NCBI GenBank assembly: GCA_012960465.1
Contig: DUBF01000166.1
Span: forward strand, 5,284 to 69,283
Source: Rhodospirillales bacterium
GTDB lineage: Bacteria > Pseudomonadota > Alphaproteobacteria > Rhodospirillales > UBA2165
DNA: 64,000 bases
Direction: 5' to 3'
Both the position numbers and the translations under genes were made by a program. The notes beneath the pieces were generated by a model. That model did not search any database, was not told the DNA's origin, and saw only the letters and a program-made list of their open reading frames with translations. Within the stretch, counting starts at the first letter, position 1. Every line of letters starts with the position of its first letter. Below are positions 8,909 through 18,945 of this stretch, piece by piece.

Positions 8909-9857
8909 CGCCAGTCATTAATAAGAAGATATCTTCTAAATCACTCTCTTTTGTCGTGAGATCAATAATTTTATAACCAGCAGCGCGTACGGCATCCATT
9001 ACACTTTCGACTGGTACTTTAGTTGGGGCCACTCGAAAAATTAATTTACCGCTTTTGCCTAGTTTCACGTTAAACTCGGCTAGCTTTTCTGGAACCTTAG
9101 TTAAAGGGGTGTCAACAGACACAATCAGTTCTTTAGAGTCCAAAGTGCGGAGTAGATCTTCAGTTTTTTGGCTTGTTACTAGTCGGCCATGATTAATAAT
9201 TGCTATTTGATCACATAACTCTTCTGCTTCTTCTAAATAATGGGTTGTTAATAAAATTGTTGTGCCGTGATCGCGTAACTCACGGATATATGACCAAAGT
9301 TGTTGGCGAAGTTCAACATCGACTCCAGCGGTGGGTTCATCAAGTACTAAAACTGGCGGCGAGTGAACCATTGCTTTGGCTATCAACAAGCGTCGTCGCA
9401 TTCCACCAGATAGTGACCGTGCATAGGAATCAGCTTTATCTGATAAACGAACAGCAGAGAGAATCTCATCAGTTCGACGTTCAGATTTTGGTACGCCATA
9501 GAGGCCTGCCTGAGTTTCAAGAACTTCTCTTGGTGTAAAGAAAGGATCTATATTAAGTTCTTGCGGAACGACACCTATTGAAGAACGTGCTTGACGCATT
9601 TCTTTTTCGATTTCGTAGTCCCATACCTTAACCTCGCCTGAGCTTTTTATCACAAGCCCGGCCATAATGTTAATTATGGTAGACTTACCTGCCCCATTTG
9701 GTCCTAATAGACCAAAAAAAGAACCACGAGGTATTTCTAGGTCGATGTTGGTAAGTGCTTCTTTACTGGGTTGAAGTGAGTTACCAGCATAGATTTTATT
9801 AAGACCTTTAATCTCTATCGCGTAGTCTGGAAGAGTTTTAGATATTAGGTTACTCAT
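8871..9857 (-). CDS. ABC transporter ATP-binding protein (ABC-2/CcmA-like, with C-terminal accessory domain)
   Basis: Walker A GPNGAGKST, Q-loop, signature LSGGMRRR, Walker B VLVLDEPTAGVD, H-loop TTHYLEEAE. No permease gene is adjacent. Confidence 0.9.
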   Translation of the reverse strand: MSNLISKTLPDYAIEIKGLNKIYAGNSLQPSKEALTNIDLEIPRGSFFGLLGPNGAGKSTIINIMAGLVIKSSGEVKVWDYEIEKEMRQARSSIGVVPQELNIDPFFTPREVLETQAGLYGVPKSERRTDEILSAVRLSDKADSYARSLSGGMRRRLLIAKAMVHSPPVLVLDEPTAGVDVELRQQLWSYIRELRDHGTTILLTTHYLEEAEELCDQIAIINHGRLVTSQKTEDLLRTLDSKELIVSVDTPLTKVPEKLAEFNVKLGKSGKLIFRVAPTKVPVESVMDAVRAAGYKIIDLTTKESDLEDIFLLMTGGDNKGEKIRGER

Positions 9858-10004
9858 ATGTAAATACTTCCTATGTATTTTGGTTATTAGATATCGTCAA
9901 TGTTTGGCCAACGTTTGAATGTGAGGTATCATCGACTATACAGGTGGTCAATGGCCATCTAAATAATGGTATAGACTAAATTTAATGAATTTGGGTTTTA
10001 GAAA

Positions 10005-10193
10005 ATGGGTATAACTGATATTGAACAACAAGTTATTGTTGCATCGAGATCTGTCAGCTGTGCTGGCGGTATTGTGTCATCAGGCCATCCAAAAGTTTAT
10101 TTGAATATTGGTGAAAAAAATAAAGTTATTTGTCCATATTGTAGCCGAGTATTTATTTTAAACATGGGTGTTGCTGGTGGAGCGGACCACTGA
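10005..10193 (+). CDS. Zinc-finger (zf-CHCC, NDUFS6 C-terminal-like) domain protein
   Basis: 62 aa with SCAGG...HPKVYLNIGEKNKVICPYCSRVF, the usual layout of this small, widely conserved alphaproteobacterial protein. Confidence 0.75.
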   Translation: MGITDIEQQVIVASRSVSCAGGIVSSGHPKVYLNIGEKNKVICPYCSRVFILNMGVAGGADH

Positions 10194-10209
10194 GTAAAAA
10201 ATCAAAAAA

Positions 10210-13065
10210 ATGAAGCATGTCTTTCTAATTGATGGCTCTGGTTTTTTGTTTCGCGCCTATTATGGAGTGAAAACCCAAATGTCTCGTCCGGATGGCACCC
10301 CTACTAATGCCGTCTACGGGTTCACTCAAATGTTAATGAAATTAGTAGATGATACTGATGCTGATCATATTGCAGTTATATTTGATAGAGCTCGCAAAAC
10401 ATTTAGAAGCGAGATTTATAAGGATTATAAAGCGCACCGTCCGCCGCCGCCAGACGATCTCATCCCACAGTTTGAACTTGTCCGAGAAGCCACTCGAGCA
10501 ATGAATATCCCAGCCGTTGATATGGAAGGTTATGAAGCTGATGATCTAATCGCAACTTATGCTCGACAGGCTGTTGAAGTTGGTGCGGAAGTAACCATTG
10601 TGTCAACTGATAAAGATTTAATGCAGTGTGTTGGCCCGAATATTAAAATGTTTGATGCGATGAAAAATCGTGAGATTAGATCAGAACAAGTCGTGGAGAA
10701 ATTTGGCGTTGGTCCGGACCGAGTAATTGATGTGCAGGCTTTAGCAGGAGACTCGGCAGATAATGTTCCTGGTGTAGCTGGTATTGGAGTAAAGACAGCC
10801 GCTCTTTTAATTGAAGAATATGGCGATCTTGAGGGAGTGTTGGCTAATGCCGAGAATATCAAACAACCAAAGCGCCGCGAAGCGCTTATAGAACAAGCTG
10901 ATTTAGCACGGCTTTCCCGTCAATTGGTCACACTTAAAGATGATGTCCCTGTCGAAGTACCACTTGAGGATTTCTCTACAAAAGAAATTGATCCTGATAT
11001 ATTTCTGCAATTTCTTCATGACCAGTCATTTAAATCACTTATTACACGTATAGAAAGTAAGTTTGCTCAGCAAAAATTTTCAAGGAAACGGGAACAGGCT
11101 GGGATATTTGAGGATACATCGGGAAATATAAATCCACTATCGCCGGTTCTTGATAAGAAGACTAGCCCTGGGGACCATTATATCAATGCAGCGTCTCCTC
11201 CGGACATAGATTATGAGCTGGTGCAGGATAAAGAAAAATTGCAAATCTGGATTGATGAGGCGGTGTCAGTAGGCGTTTTTGCTATCGATACAGAAACGAC
11301 ATCGCTTGATTCTATGCAGGCAGAACTAGTTGGCATTTCAATGTCTATCCATCCTGGCAAGGCTTGCTATATTCCTGTCGCGCATACCGATAATGAGAAC
11401 CAGTCAAATTTTATGCTTGGACTTGATGATGAGAAAAATCAAAATCAAAAAATTGATTTGAAGCAAATTCCCTTTGATGACGTGATCAAAATTCTTAAAC
11501 CACTTCTGGAAGATCCGTCAGTTCTAAAAATTGGGCATAATATAAAGTATGATGCTAAGGTATTGAGGCGCTATGGGGTCAGTATAGCGCCCGTAGACGA
11601 TACTATGTTAATTTCGTATTCGATTGAAGGCGGACTTCATAAACATAATCTCGATGATTTAGCTGAACTTCATTTAAACCACCAGACAATAAAATTTAAA
11701 GAAGTTGCTGGGAGCGGAAAATCTCAAGTAACGTTTGATAAAGTTCCCATAGATGAAGCTTTAAATTATGCTGCGGAAGATGCAGATATTACCCTGCGTC
11801 TGTATAAGCTTTTGAAACCACGATTAGCACTTGACCATATGGTTTCGGTTTATGAGACATTGGAGCGGCCATTGGTTGCCGTACTGATTGAAATGGAGCG
11901 TACTGGCATTCGAGTTGATGCTAAAGTTCTTAAAGGTCTTAGTGCTGATTTCTCGAAACGTCTGAGCCAGCTTGAAGTTGAGATTTTTCAACTTGTAGGC
12001 CATGAGTTCAATATTAACTCGCCGAAGCAACTAGGTGAGATTTTATTTGATGAAATGGGAATTGAAGGCGGTAAAAAAACTAAGACAGGGGCTTATCAAA
12101 CTGGAGCTGAAATTTTGGAGGGTTTAGCAGCTGGAGGGCATGAACTGCCGGTTAAAATATTGGAGAATCGCCAGCTTGCCAAATTAAAAAGTACTTATAC
12201 GGATGCGTTGATAGATCAAATCAACCCAGATACTGGACGGGTCCATACAAATTACGGCCAGGCAATAGCTTCCACGGGGCGTCTTAGCTCTAACGACCCA
12301 AACCTACAAAATATACCGATCCGCAGTGAAGAAGGTCGAAAGATTAGAACTGCATTTGTGGCTAATAATGGGAACGTGCTTTTATCAGCTGATTATTCAC
12401 AGATTGAATTGCGTTTACTAGCTCATGTTGCGGACATTGATGTCCTTAAAGAGGCATTTCATAATGGCGTTGATATCCATGCGTTGACAGCTTCTCAAGT
12501 TTTTGATGTACCAGTTGAAGGTATGGATCCGATGGTTCGACGCCAGGCAAAAGCGATTAATTTTGGAATTATTTATGGCATCTCGGCATTTGGACTTGCA
12601 CGGCAACTCGATCTTTCTAGAACAGATGCCGCTAAATATATTGCAGCTTATTTTGAACGTTATCCTGGGATTTATGATTATATGGAGCGGACAAAGAAAA
12701 GTGCTGCCGAACTAGGCTATGTGACAACGCTATTTGGCAGGCGTTGTTATCTACCAGGCATTAAAGATAATAATAGTGCCGTGCGGAGTTTTGCTGAAAG
12801 AGCGGCAATTAACGCACCTATACAAGGCGGTGCGGCGGATATTATTAAGCGCGCAATGTTACAACTTCCGGTGGCCTTGGAGAGGGAAAAGCTTAGTGCC
12901 AAGATGCTCTTACAAGTACATGATGAACTAATTTTTGATGTACCGAAGAATGAAATAGATAAAACAATTTCCGTGATTAAAAATATAATGGAAAGGGTAG
13001 TGCAATTGGATGTTCCATTGGAAGTTGATACGGGTTTTGGAAAAAATTGGGATGAGGCGCATTAA
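10210..13065 (+). CDS. polA: DNA polymerase I
   Basis: 951 aa. 5'-3' exonuclease N-terminus (LIDGSGFLFRAYY), 3'-5' exonuclease ExoI AIDTETTSLD, polymerase motif A DYSQIELRLLAH, motif B RRQAKAINFGIIYG, motif C QVHDELIF. Confidence 0.97.
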   Translation: MKHVFLIDGSGFLFRAYYGVKTQMSRPDGTPTNAVYGFTQMLMKLVDDTDADHIAVIFDRARKTFRSEIYKDYKAHRPPPPDDLIPQFELVREATRAMNIPAVDMEGYEADDLIATYARQAVEVGAEVTIVSTDKDLMQCVGPNIKMFDAMKNREIRSEQVVEKFGVGPDRVIDVQALAGDSADNVPGVAGIGVKTAALLIEEYGDLEGVLANAENIKQPKRREALIEQADLARLSRQLVTLKDDVPVEVPLEDFSTKEIDPDIFLQFLHDQSFKSLITRIESKFAQQKFSRKREQAGIFEDTSGNINPLSPVLDKKTSPGDHYINAASPPDIDYELVQDKEKLQIWIDEAVSVGVFAIDTETTSLDSMQAELVGISMSIHPGKACYIPVAHTDNENQSNFMLGLDDEKNQNQKIDLKQIPFDDVIKILKPLLEDPSVLKIGHNIKYDAKVLRRYGVSIAPVDDTMLISYSIEGGLHKHNLDDLAELHLNHQTIKFKEVAGSGKSQVTFDKVPIDEALNYAAEDADITLRLYKLLKPRLALDHMVSVYETLERPLVAVLIEMERTGIRVDAKVLKGLSADFSKRLSQLEVEIFQLVGHEFNINSPKQLGEILFDEMGIEGGKKTKTGAYQTGAEILEGLAAGGHELPVKILENRQLAKLKSTYTDALIDQINPDTGRVHTNYGQAIASTGRLSSNDPNLQNIPIRSEEGRKIRTAFVANNGNVLLSADYSQIELRLLAHVADIDVLKEAFHNGVDIHALTASQVFDVPVEGMDPMVRRQAKAINFGIIYGISAFGLARQLDLSRTDAAKYIAAYFERYPGIYDYMERTKKSAAELGYVTTLFGRRCYLPGIKDNNSAVRSFAERAAINAPIQGGAADIIKRAMLQLPVALEREKLSAKMLLQVHDELIFDVPKNEIDKTISVIKNIMERVVQLDVPLEVDTGFGKNWDEAH

Positions 13066-13129
13066 TAATTAAAGGACCATTATTGATAGTGGAATTAAAC
13101 CTGGTTTCAACGATCGCGAGAGATTAATT

Positions 13130-14107
13130 ATGTTAATTAAGCATGTAAAAAACTCAGAAGTTAAGCCGTCTGAGATAACTTCAAAATCTATATTCTTAAA
13201 TCGTCGTAAGTTTCTTCAAACAGCGGCAATTGCGGGCGGAATTTCTTTGTTGCCAAAAGTTATTACCTCTAGTTGTGCTTCTACTAGGACTAAATTTTTG
13301 AATGTTAAAACAACATCTTTTGCAGAAGTTGAAAAATTGACCACATATGAAGGTCTTAGCAGTTATAATAATTTCTATGAATTTGGGACAGGAAAAACAG
13401 ATCCAGCACGTAATGCCCATACATTGAAGCCTGAGCCTTGGGCAATAGAAATATCTGGCCTTGCAACAAAAATAGGGAAATTCCATTTAGATGATCTGAT
13501 AAAACCACATCAGCTGGAAGAACGCATTTATCGTCTTCGCTGTGTTGAAGCCTGGTCGATGGTAATCCCGTGGGTTGGCATACCCTTAGTTGATATTATC
13601 AAACGGTTTGAGCCTAATTCAAAGGCAAAATTTGTTGCTTTTGAAACGCTTGTTGATAAAGAGCAAATGCCGGGTCAGAAAAGTAGATCTCTGGATTGGC
13701 CTTATGTTGAAGGCTTGCGTATGGATGAGGCTATTAACCCTTTAACGCTCTTGGCTGTCGGTGTTTATGGTGAGCGTATGCCAAATCAGAACGGAGCACC
13801 TATCCGACTTGTTGTCCCATGGAAGTACGGGTTTAAAAGTATTAAATCGATCGTCAAGATTAGTTTTGTCGAAAAAGAACCCCCAACAACTTGGAACATT
13901 CAAGCGCCGAGTGAATATGGATTTTATTCCAATGTAAATCCGAATATTGATCACCCAAGGTGGAGCCAAAAAAGAGAACGACGTATTACAGGCGAGGGTG
14001 GTCTTAGCGCTATATTTATGCCTAAGATTGAGACCCAATTTATGAATGGATATGCTGATGAGGTTGCCGAGCTGTATAAAGGCATGGACCTAAAAAAGTT
14101 CTTTTAA
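13130..14107 (+). CDS. msrP: Protein-methionine-sulfoxide reductase catalytic subunit MsrP (YedY)
   Basis: Tat signal RRKFLQTAAIAG. Molybdopterin oxidoreductase core YNNFYEFG...RLRCVEAWSMVIPW...APIRLVVPWKYGFKSIKSI. Confidence 0.9.
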   Translation: MLIKHVKNSEVKPSEITSKSIFLNRRKFLQTAAIAGGISLLPKVITSSCASTRTKFLNVKTTSFAEVEKLTTYEGLSSYNNFYEFGTGKTDPARNAHTLKPEPWAIEISGLATKIGKFHLDDLIKPHQLEERIYRLRCVEAWSMVIPWVGIPLVDIIKRFEPNSKAKFVAFETLVDKEQMPGQKSRSLDWPYVEGLRMDEAINPLTLLAVGVYGERMPNQNGAPIRLVVPWKYGFKSIKSIVKISFVEKEPPTTWNIQAPSEYGFYSNVNPNIDHPRWSQKRERRITGEGGLSAIFMPKIETQFMNGYADEVAELYKGMDLKKFF

Positions 14108-14112
14108 CAAAG

Positions 14113-14718
14113 ATGGAGACAAAACGTTACCGTAAAATATTCAAGCCTTTAGTCTTTTCAGGAAGCCTCATTCCCCTATGCTGGCTTATTTATGCAGTTT
14201 ATTCCGATACAGTTTTTGGTACTAAATTAATGACGGCAGATCCAATTCAGAAGCTTGATAGGGAGCTTGGTGATTGGGCTTTGATATTTATAATTTTAGC
14301 ATTGAGCGTTCGACCTTTGGCCAAATTATTCAAGAATAATGAGTTGATAGCATATCGGCGGATGATAGGGTTATTTGCTTTTTTTTATGTTTGTTTGCAT
14401 TTGGCATCATATATTGGCCTCAACCTTCAATTTGCTTTTAACGAATTTATTAAAGATATTTTAAAACGAAATTTTATTACTATAGGGATTATAGCATTTA
14501 TTTTGTTAATACCCCTTGCAGTTACCTCGACCAAATCAATGATAAAATGGATTGGTGGTCGCCGCTGGAAGAAGCTACATATGCTCATTTACCCTATCGC
14601 GTTATTAGGCATATTTCATTTCTTTATGATGGTTCGCGCTGATTTTTCTCGACCTTCAATTTACTTAATTATTATTCTCGTTCTGCTTGGCTATCGTTTT
14701 TGGGTTAAATATAGATAA
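14113..14718 (+). CDS. msrQ: Protein-methionine-sulfoxide reductase heme-binding subunit MsrQ (YedZ)
   Basis: 201-aa polytopic membrane protein immediately downstream of msrP (5-nt gap). Ferric-reductase-like TM domain with conserved His residues (LHLASY, KKLHMLIY, FHFFM). Confidence 0.85.
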   Translation: METKRYRKIFKPLVFSGSLIPLCWLIYAVYSDTVFGTKLMTADPIQKLDRELGDWALIFIILALSVRPLAKLFKNNELIAYRRMIGLFAFFYVCLHLASYIGLNLQFAFNEFIKDILKRNFITIGIIAFILLIPLAVTSTKSMIKWIGGRRWKKLHMLIYPIALLGIFHFFMMVRADFSRPSIYLIIILVLLGYRFWVKYR

Positions 14719-14732
14719 TCTAATTTGCCAGT

Positions 14733-15764
14733 TCACGCCGATTCACACAGATCACTATGAATTTGAAGGAGTTCTGGTATCGTCTCTGATGGCCGTCGAC
14801 CGAAGCCACACTCAGTAGCAACATCAAACTCTTTTATGAATTTTTCAGCAGCTAGCAATCTTTTTTTACTACCGTCAAGACCATCTGCGTAATGGATAAG
14901 GCCTAAAACTAGACGTGTTCCATGTGGTAGATCAAGATTTTCTAATGGTTGAAAATAGGCCTCATCTGATCGATTTACCGGAACGGCCATATGGACAAAG
15001 TTAATCATGCGATTGGCTGCCACGGTAATGCCATTAGCAAAGGATACACTGGTTTCTAGGTCTTTTGGTTCAATAATGTGTTTGTGTCCCGGATCTCCAT
15101 AGCAAAGGTGAATGCCTACATCTACACCGTCGACTATTTCATCACAGAGATTAGCAATACGAATTATTGACCCTTCAAGGATGTCGTCATAAGGTATTTT
15201 TGCCCCGCCATCATAGCCGACAACCTCTTGACACACGTCAAACTGTATAGCGAGTTCTTTGGGCGGAATTGAAGATTGTAGTTTTTCCAAATCTCTTTTG
15301 ATAGCAGTTACAACGGCAGGTTCGACTTGGAGCTGATCTGTTCTAACAATAAAACCAATCACTAGCGCCATTGCCGAAGGTATACTTACTTGAAATCGGA
15401 CATTTTCCTCAATTATTTGCCTAGCTTTTAGTGTTTTAAAGGTTTTATAAGACTTGATTGCTTCATCCGCATAGCCAAGGTCACCCAAGTCAAGTGATGA
15501 GGGTGCAATGCCATCCTTTATGTTATAGAAAGGCCGTTCGATGCTATCTTTATAACCAGGAATAGTTTGCGTAACAATTTCAAGGTTTAAGCCCTCGCAC
15601 TTATCAAAAGTTGATTTCTGCCATCTGATCCAGTAACCACGTTCGCCAGTTTCGCCATCAGGAATGCGCGTACAACAATCGCCTAGGAAATCGGCTATCG
15701 TGGTCATGGCCATTTCGGCATTTGGCAGATTAATGCTGCCAATCAGATGTGCATTACGACCCAT
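14733..15764 (-). CDS. MetE-C-terminal-like (UROD/MetE superfamily) putative Zn-dependent methyltransferase
   Basis: 343 aa. HLCYGD (His-x-Cys) and ECGFGRR (Cys) are arranged like the zinc ligands of cobalamin-independent methionine synthase catalytic domains. The rest of the sequence is unfamiliar. Confidence 0.5.
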   Translation of the reverse strand: MGRNAHLIGSINLPNAEMAMTTIADFLGDCCTRIPDGETGERGYWIRWQKSTFDKCEGLNLEIVTQTIPGYKDSIERPFYNIKDGIAPSSLDLGDLGYADEAIKSYKTFKTLKARQIIEENVRFQVSIPSAMALVIGFIVRTDQLQVEPAVVTAIKRDLEKLQSSIPPKELAIQFDVCQEVVGYDGGAKIPYDDILEGSIIRIANLCDEIVDGVDVGIHLCYGDPGHKHIIEPKDLETSVSFANGITVAANRMINFVHMAVPVNRSDEAYFQPLENLDLPHGTRLVLGLIHYADGLDGSKKRLLAAEKFIKEFDVATECGFGRRPSETIPELLQIHSDLCESA

Positions 15765-15814
15765 TAAATTGTCCTATCAAGACAGCAAGACAAATAGTCA
15801 GCTATGTCCTGTTT

Positions 15815-17647
15815 TTAACTATTGATTCGCCAGATTTCGGGAGCTTCATTAAGCCGTTTACCAAATTCTATACGCTGATTCTCGATTTCTTCAGGTAGGC
15901 GGTCTTCGAAGATTTTAAAATAATCTTCAAGTTCTTTGATTTCTTTTTTCCCAGCGTCACAATCAATGTCCATGATTTCTTCAAAAGTATCCGAGGTAAA
16001 ATTTTCAAGCCCTGACCAGTTAATGTCTTGATATTTGGGCATATATCCAAATGGGCTTTCTGCGGCATTTTCTTTGCCATTTACACGGTCAAAAATCCAT
16101 TTAAGTACTCGCATATTCTCGCCAAAGCCTGGCCAAGAAAAATTACCTTTATTGTCTTTACGAAACCAGTTAACCCTGAAAATTTTTGGAGGGTTTTTAA
16201 GAGACTGACCAAGTCTTAACCAATGGGACCAGTAATCTCCCATATTATAGCCGCAAAATGGTAACATCGCCATTGGATCGCGACGGATTGCTGCTTGGTT
16301 AACCGCTGCAGCGGTTGCCTCTGAACCCATTGTTGCTGCCATGTAGACACCGTGGTTCCAATTTAAAGATTCGTAAACTAATGGAAAAGTATGGCTAAGC
16401 CGACCACCAAAAATAAAGGCGCTGATTGGCACGCCTGCCGGGTTGTCCCACGCTGGGTCTACGGTTGGGCATTGGCTGGTTGCGCAGGTAAAGCGTGCAT
16501 TAGGATGGGCTGCTAATTCATTAGAATCCGGCGTCCAGTCGTTGCCTTTCCAATCGATGAGGTGTTCTGGCGCTTCTTCATCGTGGCCTTCCCACCAAAC
16601 GTCACCATCATCCGTGAGAGCTACATTCGTGAAGATGGTATCACTCTTCATCATCGTCATGGCGCTTGGGTTAGTTTTCATTGACGTTCCGGGAACAACA
16701 CCAAAATAACCAGCTTCAGGATTTATTGCATAAAGTTGGCCATCTTTACCTGGTTTAATCCAGGCAATATCATCGCCAACGGTACGCACTTTCCACCCTT
16801 TAAAACCTTCTGGCGGGATCAACATTGCAAGATTGGTTTTACCGCATGCACTGGGAAAAGCTGCAGCAACATAAGTCTTTTCACCTTTAGGGGATTCTAG
16901 GCCTAGTATCAGCATATGTTCTGCCAGCCAACCTTCATCCCTGGCCATTACAGAAGCAATCCTGAGTGAGAAGCATTTTTTACCAAGTAGTGCATTGCCG
17001 CCATAACCGCTTCCAAAGGACCAAATTGAACGTTCTTCTGGATAGTGGACAATGTACTTAGTTTTATTATTAGGCCAGGAAACATCTTTATCATCGTTTG
17101 CTAGAGGTGCACCGACTGAGTGCATGCAAGGAATAAAATCACCGTCATCACCTAGAACGTCCAAGGCTGCCTGACCCATGCGGGTCATAATTCGCATGCT
17201 AGCTGCAACGTAAGGGCTATCGGTTAGTTGAACGCCGATGTGTGCAATATGTGAGCCCAGGGGTCCCATGCTAAAAGGAATAACATAAAGTGTACGTCCA
17301 ACCATGGAACCGTCAAATAAGTCGTTCATAGTTCTTTTCATTTCAACTGGGTCAATCCAGTTGTTTGTTGGTCCTGCATCTTTCTCTGACTTAGAACAAA
17401 TGAATGTTCGGTCTTCAACGCGGGCTACATCATTTGGATCGGAATTTGCTAGGAATGAACCAGGGCGCTTTTTTGGGTTAAGTGGTATCAAAGTGCCCGC
17501 TTCGACCATTTTTGCACAAAGGTCATTGTATTCATTCTTTGATCCATCGCACCAGACAATATTTTCAGGCTCGGTTAAAGCAGACATTTTTTCAATCCAA
17601 GCTAATAACGTCTGATTATTAGTTGGATTAGTCCCAGTGCTCGTCAT
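15815..17647 (-). CDS. pckG: Phosphoenolpyruvate carboxykinase, GTP-dependent type
   Basis: 610 aa. GTP-PEPCK hallmarks [16 protein letters not shown] (kinase-1a), [16 protein letters not shown] and [26 protein letters not shown]. Confidence 0.95.
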   Translation of the reverse strand: MTSTGTNPTNNQTLLAWIEKMSALTEPENIVWCDGSKNEYNDLCAKMVEAGTLIPLNPKKRPGSFLANSDPNDVARVEDRTFICSKSEKDAGPTNNWIDPVEMKRTMNDLFDGSMVGRTLYVIPFSMGPLGSHIAHIGVQLTDSPYVAASMRIMTRMGQAALDVLGDDGDFIPCMHSVGAPLANDDKDVSWPNNKTKYIVHYPEERSIWSFGSGYGGNALLGKKCFSLRIASVMARDEGWLAEHMLILGLESPKGEKTYVAAAFPSACGKTNLAMLIPPEGFKGWKVRTVGDDIAWIKPGKDGQLYAINPEAGYFGVVPGTSMKTNPSAMTMMKSDTIFTNVALTDDGDVWWEGHDEEAPEHLIDWKGNDWTPDSNELAAHPNARFTCATSQCPTVDPAWDNPAGVPISAFIFGGRLSHTFPLVYESLNWNHGVYMAATMGSEATAAAVNQAAIRRDPMAMLPFCGYNMGDYWSHWLRLGQSLKNPPKIFRVNWFRKDNKGNFSWPGFGENMRVLKWIFDRVNGKENAAESPFGYMPKYQDINWSGLENFTSDTFEEIMDIDCDAGKKEIKELEDYFKIFEDRLPEEIENQRIEFGKRLNEAPEIWRINS

Positions 17648-18225
17648 TGGCCTTTTCCTGTGTAATTTCCAGTGTAACTAATATTTTTATTCATAATAAT
17701 AGGTAGTCAATAATCAATTAAAAGTTGATTTTATTTCTTTCAATAATCGACTACTTAATCTCTGAACTTTATCTCCCGAATTTATGGGGTGCAACCGGTC
17801 ATATTCAGAATTCTTATTATATAATAAATTTTCATAGAATTATTATTTATTGAAAAGGGCAGTTTTGGATTGACGTTTGTTCTTTGATTTTGGATTTAGT
17901 TTACATTAGCTTAAAAGTTGCGCGCATAAGATGCTAAATTAATAAGTTCTTTTCGGTATTTGTTAGGAATTGTATTAAGATTATTAAAACTAATTCTATA
18001 AATTTTCCCCCACATTTTAGATTAGAACCTTCTGGATTTTCAGCTATCATTGCTGTTGAAATCCCGGATCAAAGTTTTCAATTTAAATTGCTTTAATTGA
18101 GCTATACTTTTAACACATTTGAAGACTCTATATAATCATATATGTGATAAAAAACATTAGCGCCTAAATTTCCGAGACGTTATAATAATAGCTACTGTCA
18201 ATATTCGTAAAATATAGGTGAACTT

Positions 18226-18945
18226 ATGCCTCAATTGATAGCTTTAGTTGATGATGATAGGAATATTTTGACCTCAGTATCAATCGCGTTGGAAGCTGAA
18301 GGCTTCAAGGTAAATATATATGTAGATGGAACGGATGCGCTTCGAGGTCTCTCTCAAAGGCCTGCTGATTTAGCTATTTTGGATATAAAAATGCCACGGA
18401 TGGATGGGGTGAAATTACTCGCGAAAATTAGAGAGAAGAGCAGTATGCCGGTAATTTTTCTAACCTCTAAAGATGATGAGATTGATGAGGTGTTGGGACT
18501 CAGAATGGGCGCGGACGATTATATTACGAAGCCATTCTCGCAACGTTTGCTGATAGAACGTGTTAGAACCTTGATACGTAGACGAGAATTAGATGCAAAC
18601 GTAGTAATGGAAGGGGCCAATGCAGAAGTTCTTCGGCGTGGTGACTTGGAGATGGATCCAAGTCGATACCGATGTAGCTGGAAAGGTGTATTGGTAAATT
18701 TAACAGTAACAGAATTCCTATTATTAAAGTCGCTCGCTATCCGACCCGGTCATGTTAAAAACCGAGATCAATTAATTGATGCAGCTTATGGAGAGCGTAT
18801 ATATGTAGATGATCGTACTATCGACAGCCACGTGAAGCGTTTACGAAAAAAATTCAAGTTACTCGATGCTAAGTTTACCGCAATTGAGACACTATATGGT
18901 ATTGGTTATCGCTATCAAGAAAGCGAACAAACAGTACCCAACTGA
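18226..18945 (+). CDS. chvI: OmpR-family response regulator ChvI
   Basis: N-terminus [25 protein letters not shown] and DIKMPRMDG (receiver Asp), plus a C-terminal winged-helix ([12 protein letters not shown]...YGIGYRY). Followed directly by chvG. Confidence 0.9.
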   Translation: MPQLIALVDDDRNILTSVSIALEAEGFKVNIYVDGTDALRGLSQRPADLAILDIKMPRMDGVKLLAKIREKSSMPVIFLTSKDDEIDEVLGLRMGADDYITKPFSQRLLIERVRTLIRRRELDANVVMEGANAEVLRRGDLEMDPSRYRCSWKGVLVNLTVTEFLLLKSLAIRPGHVKNRDQLIDAAYGERIYVDDRTIDSHVKRLRKKFKLLDAKFTAIETLYGIGYRYQESEQTVPN

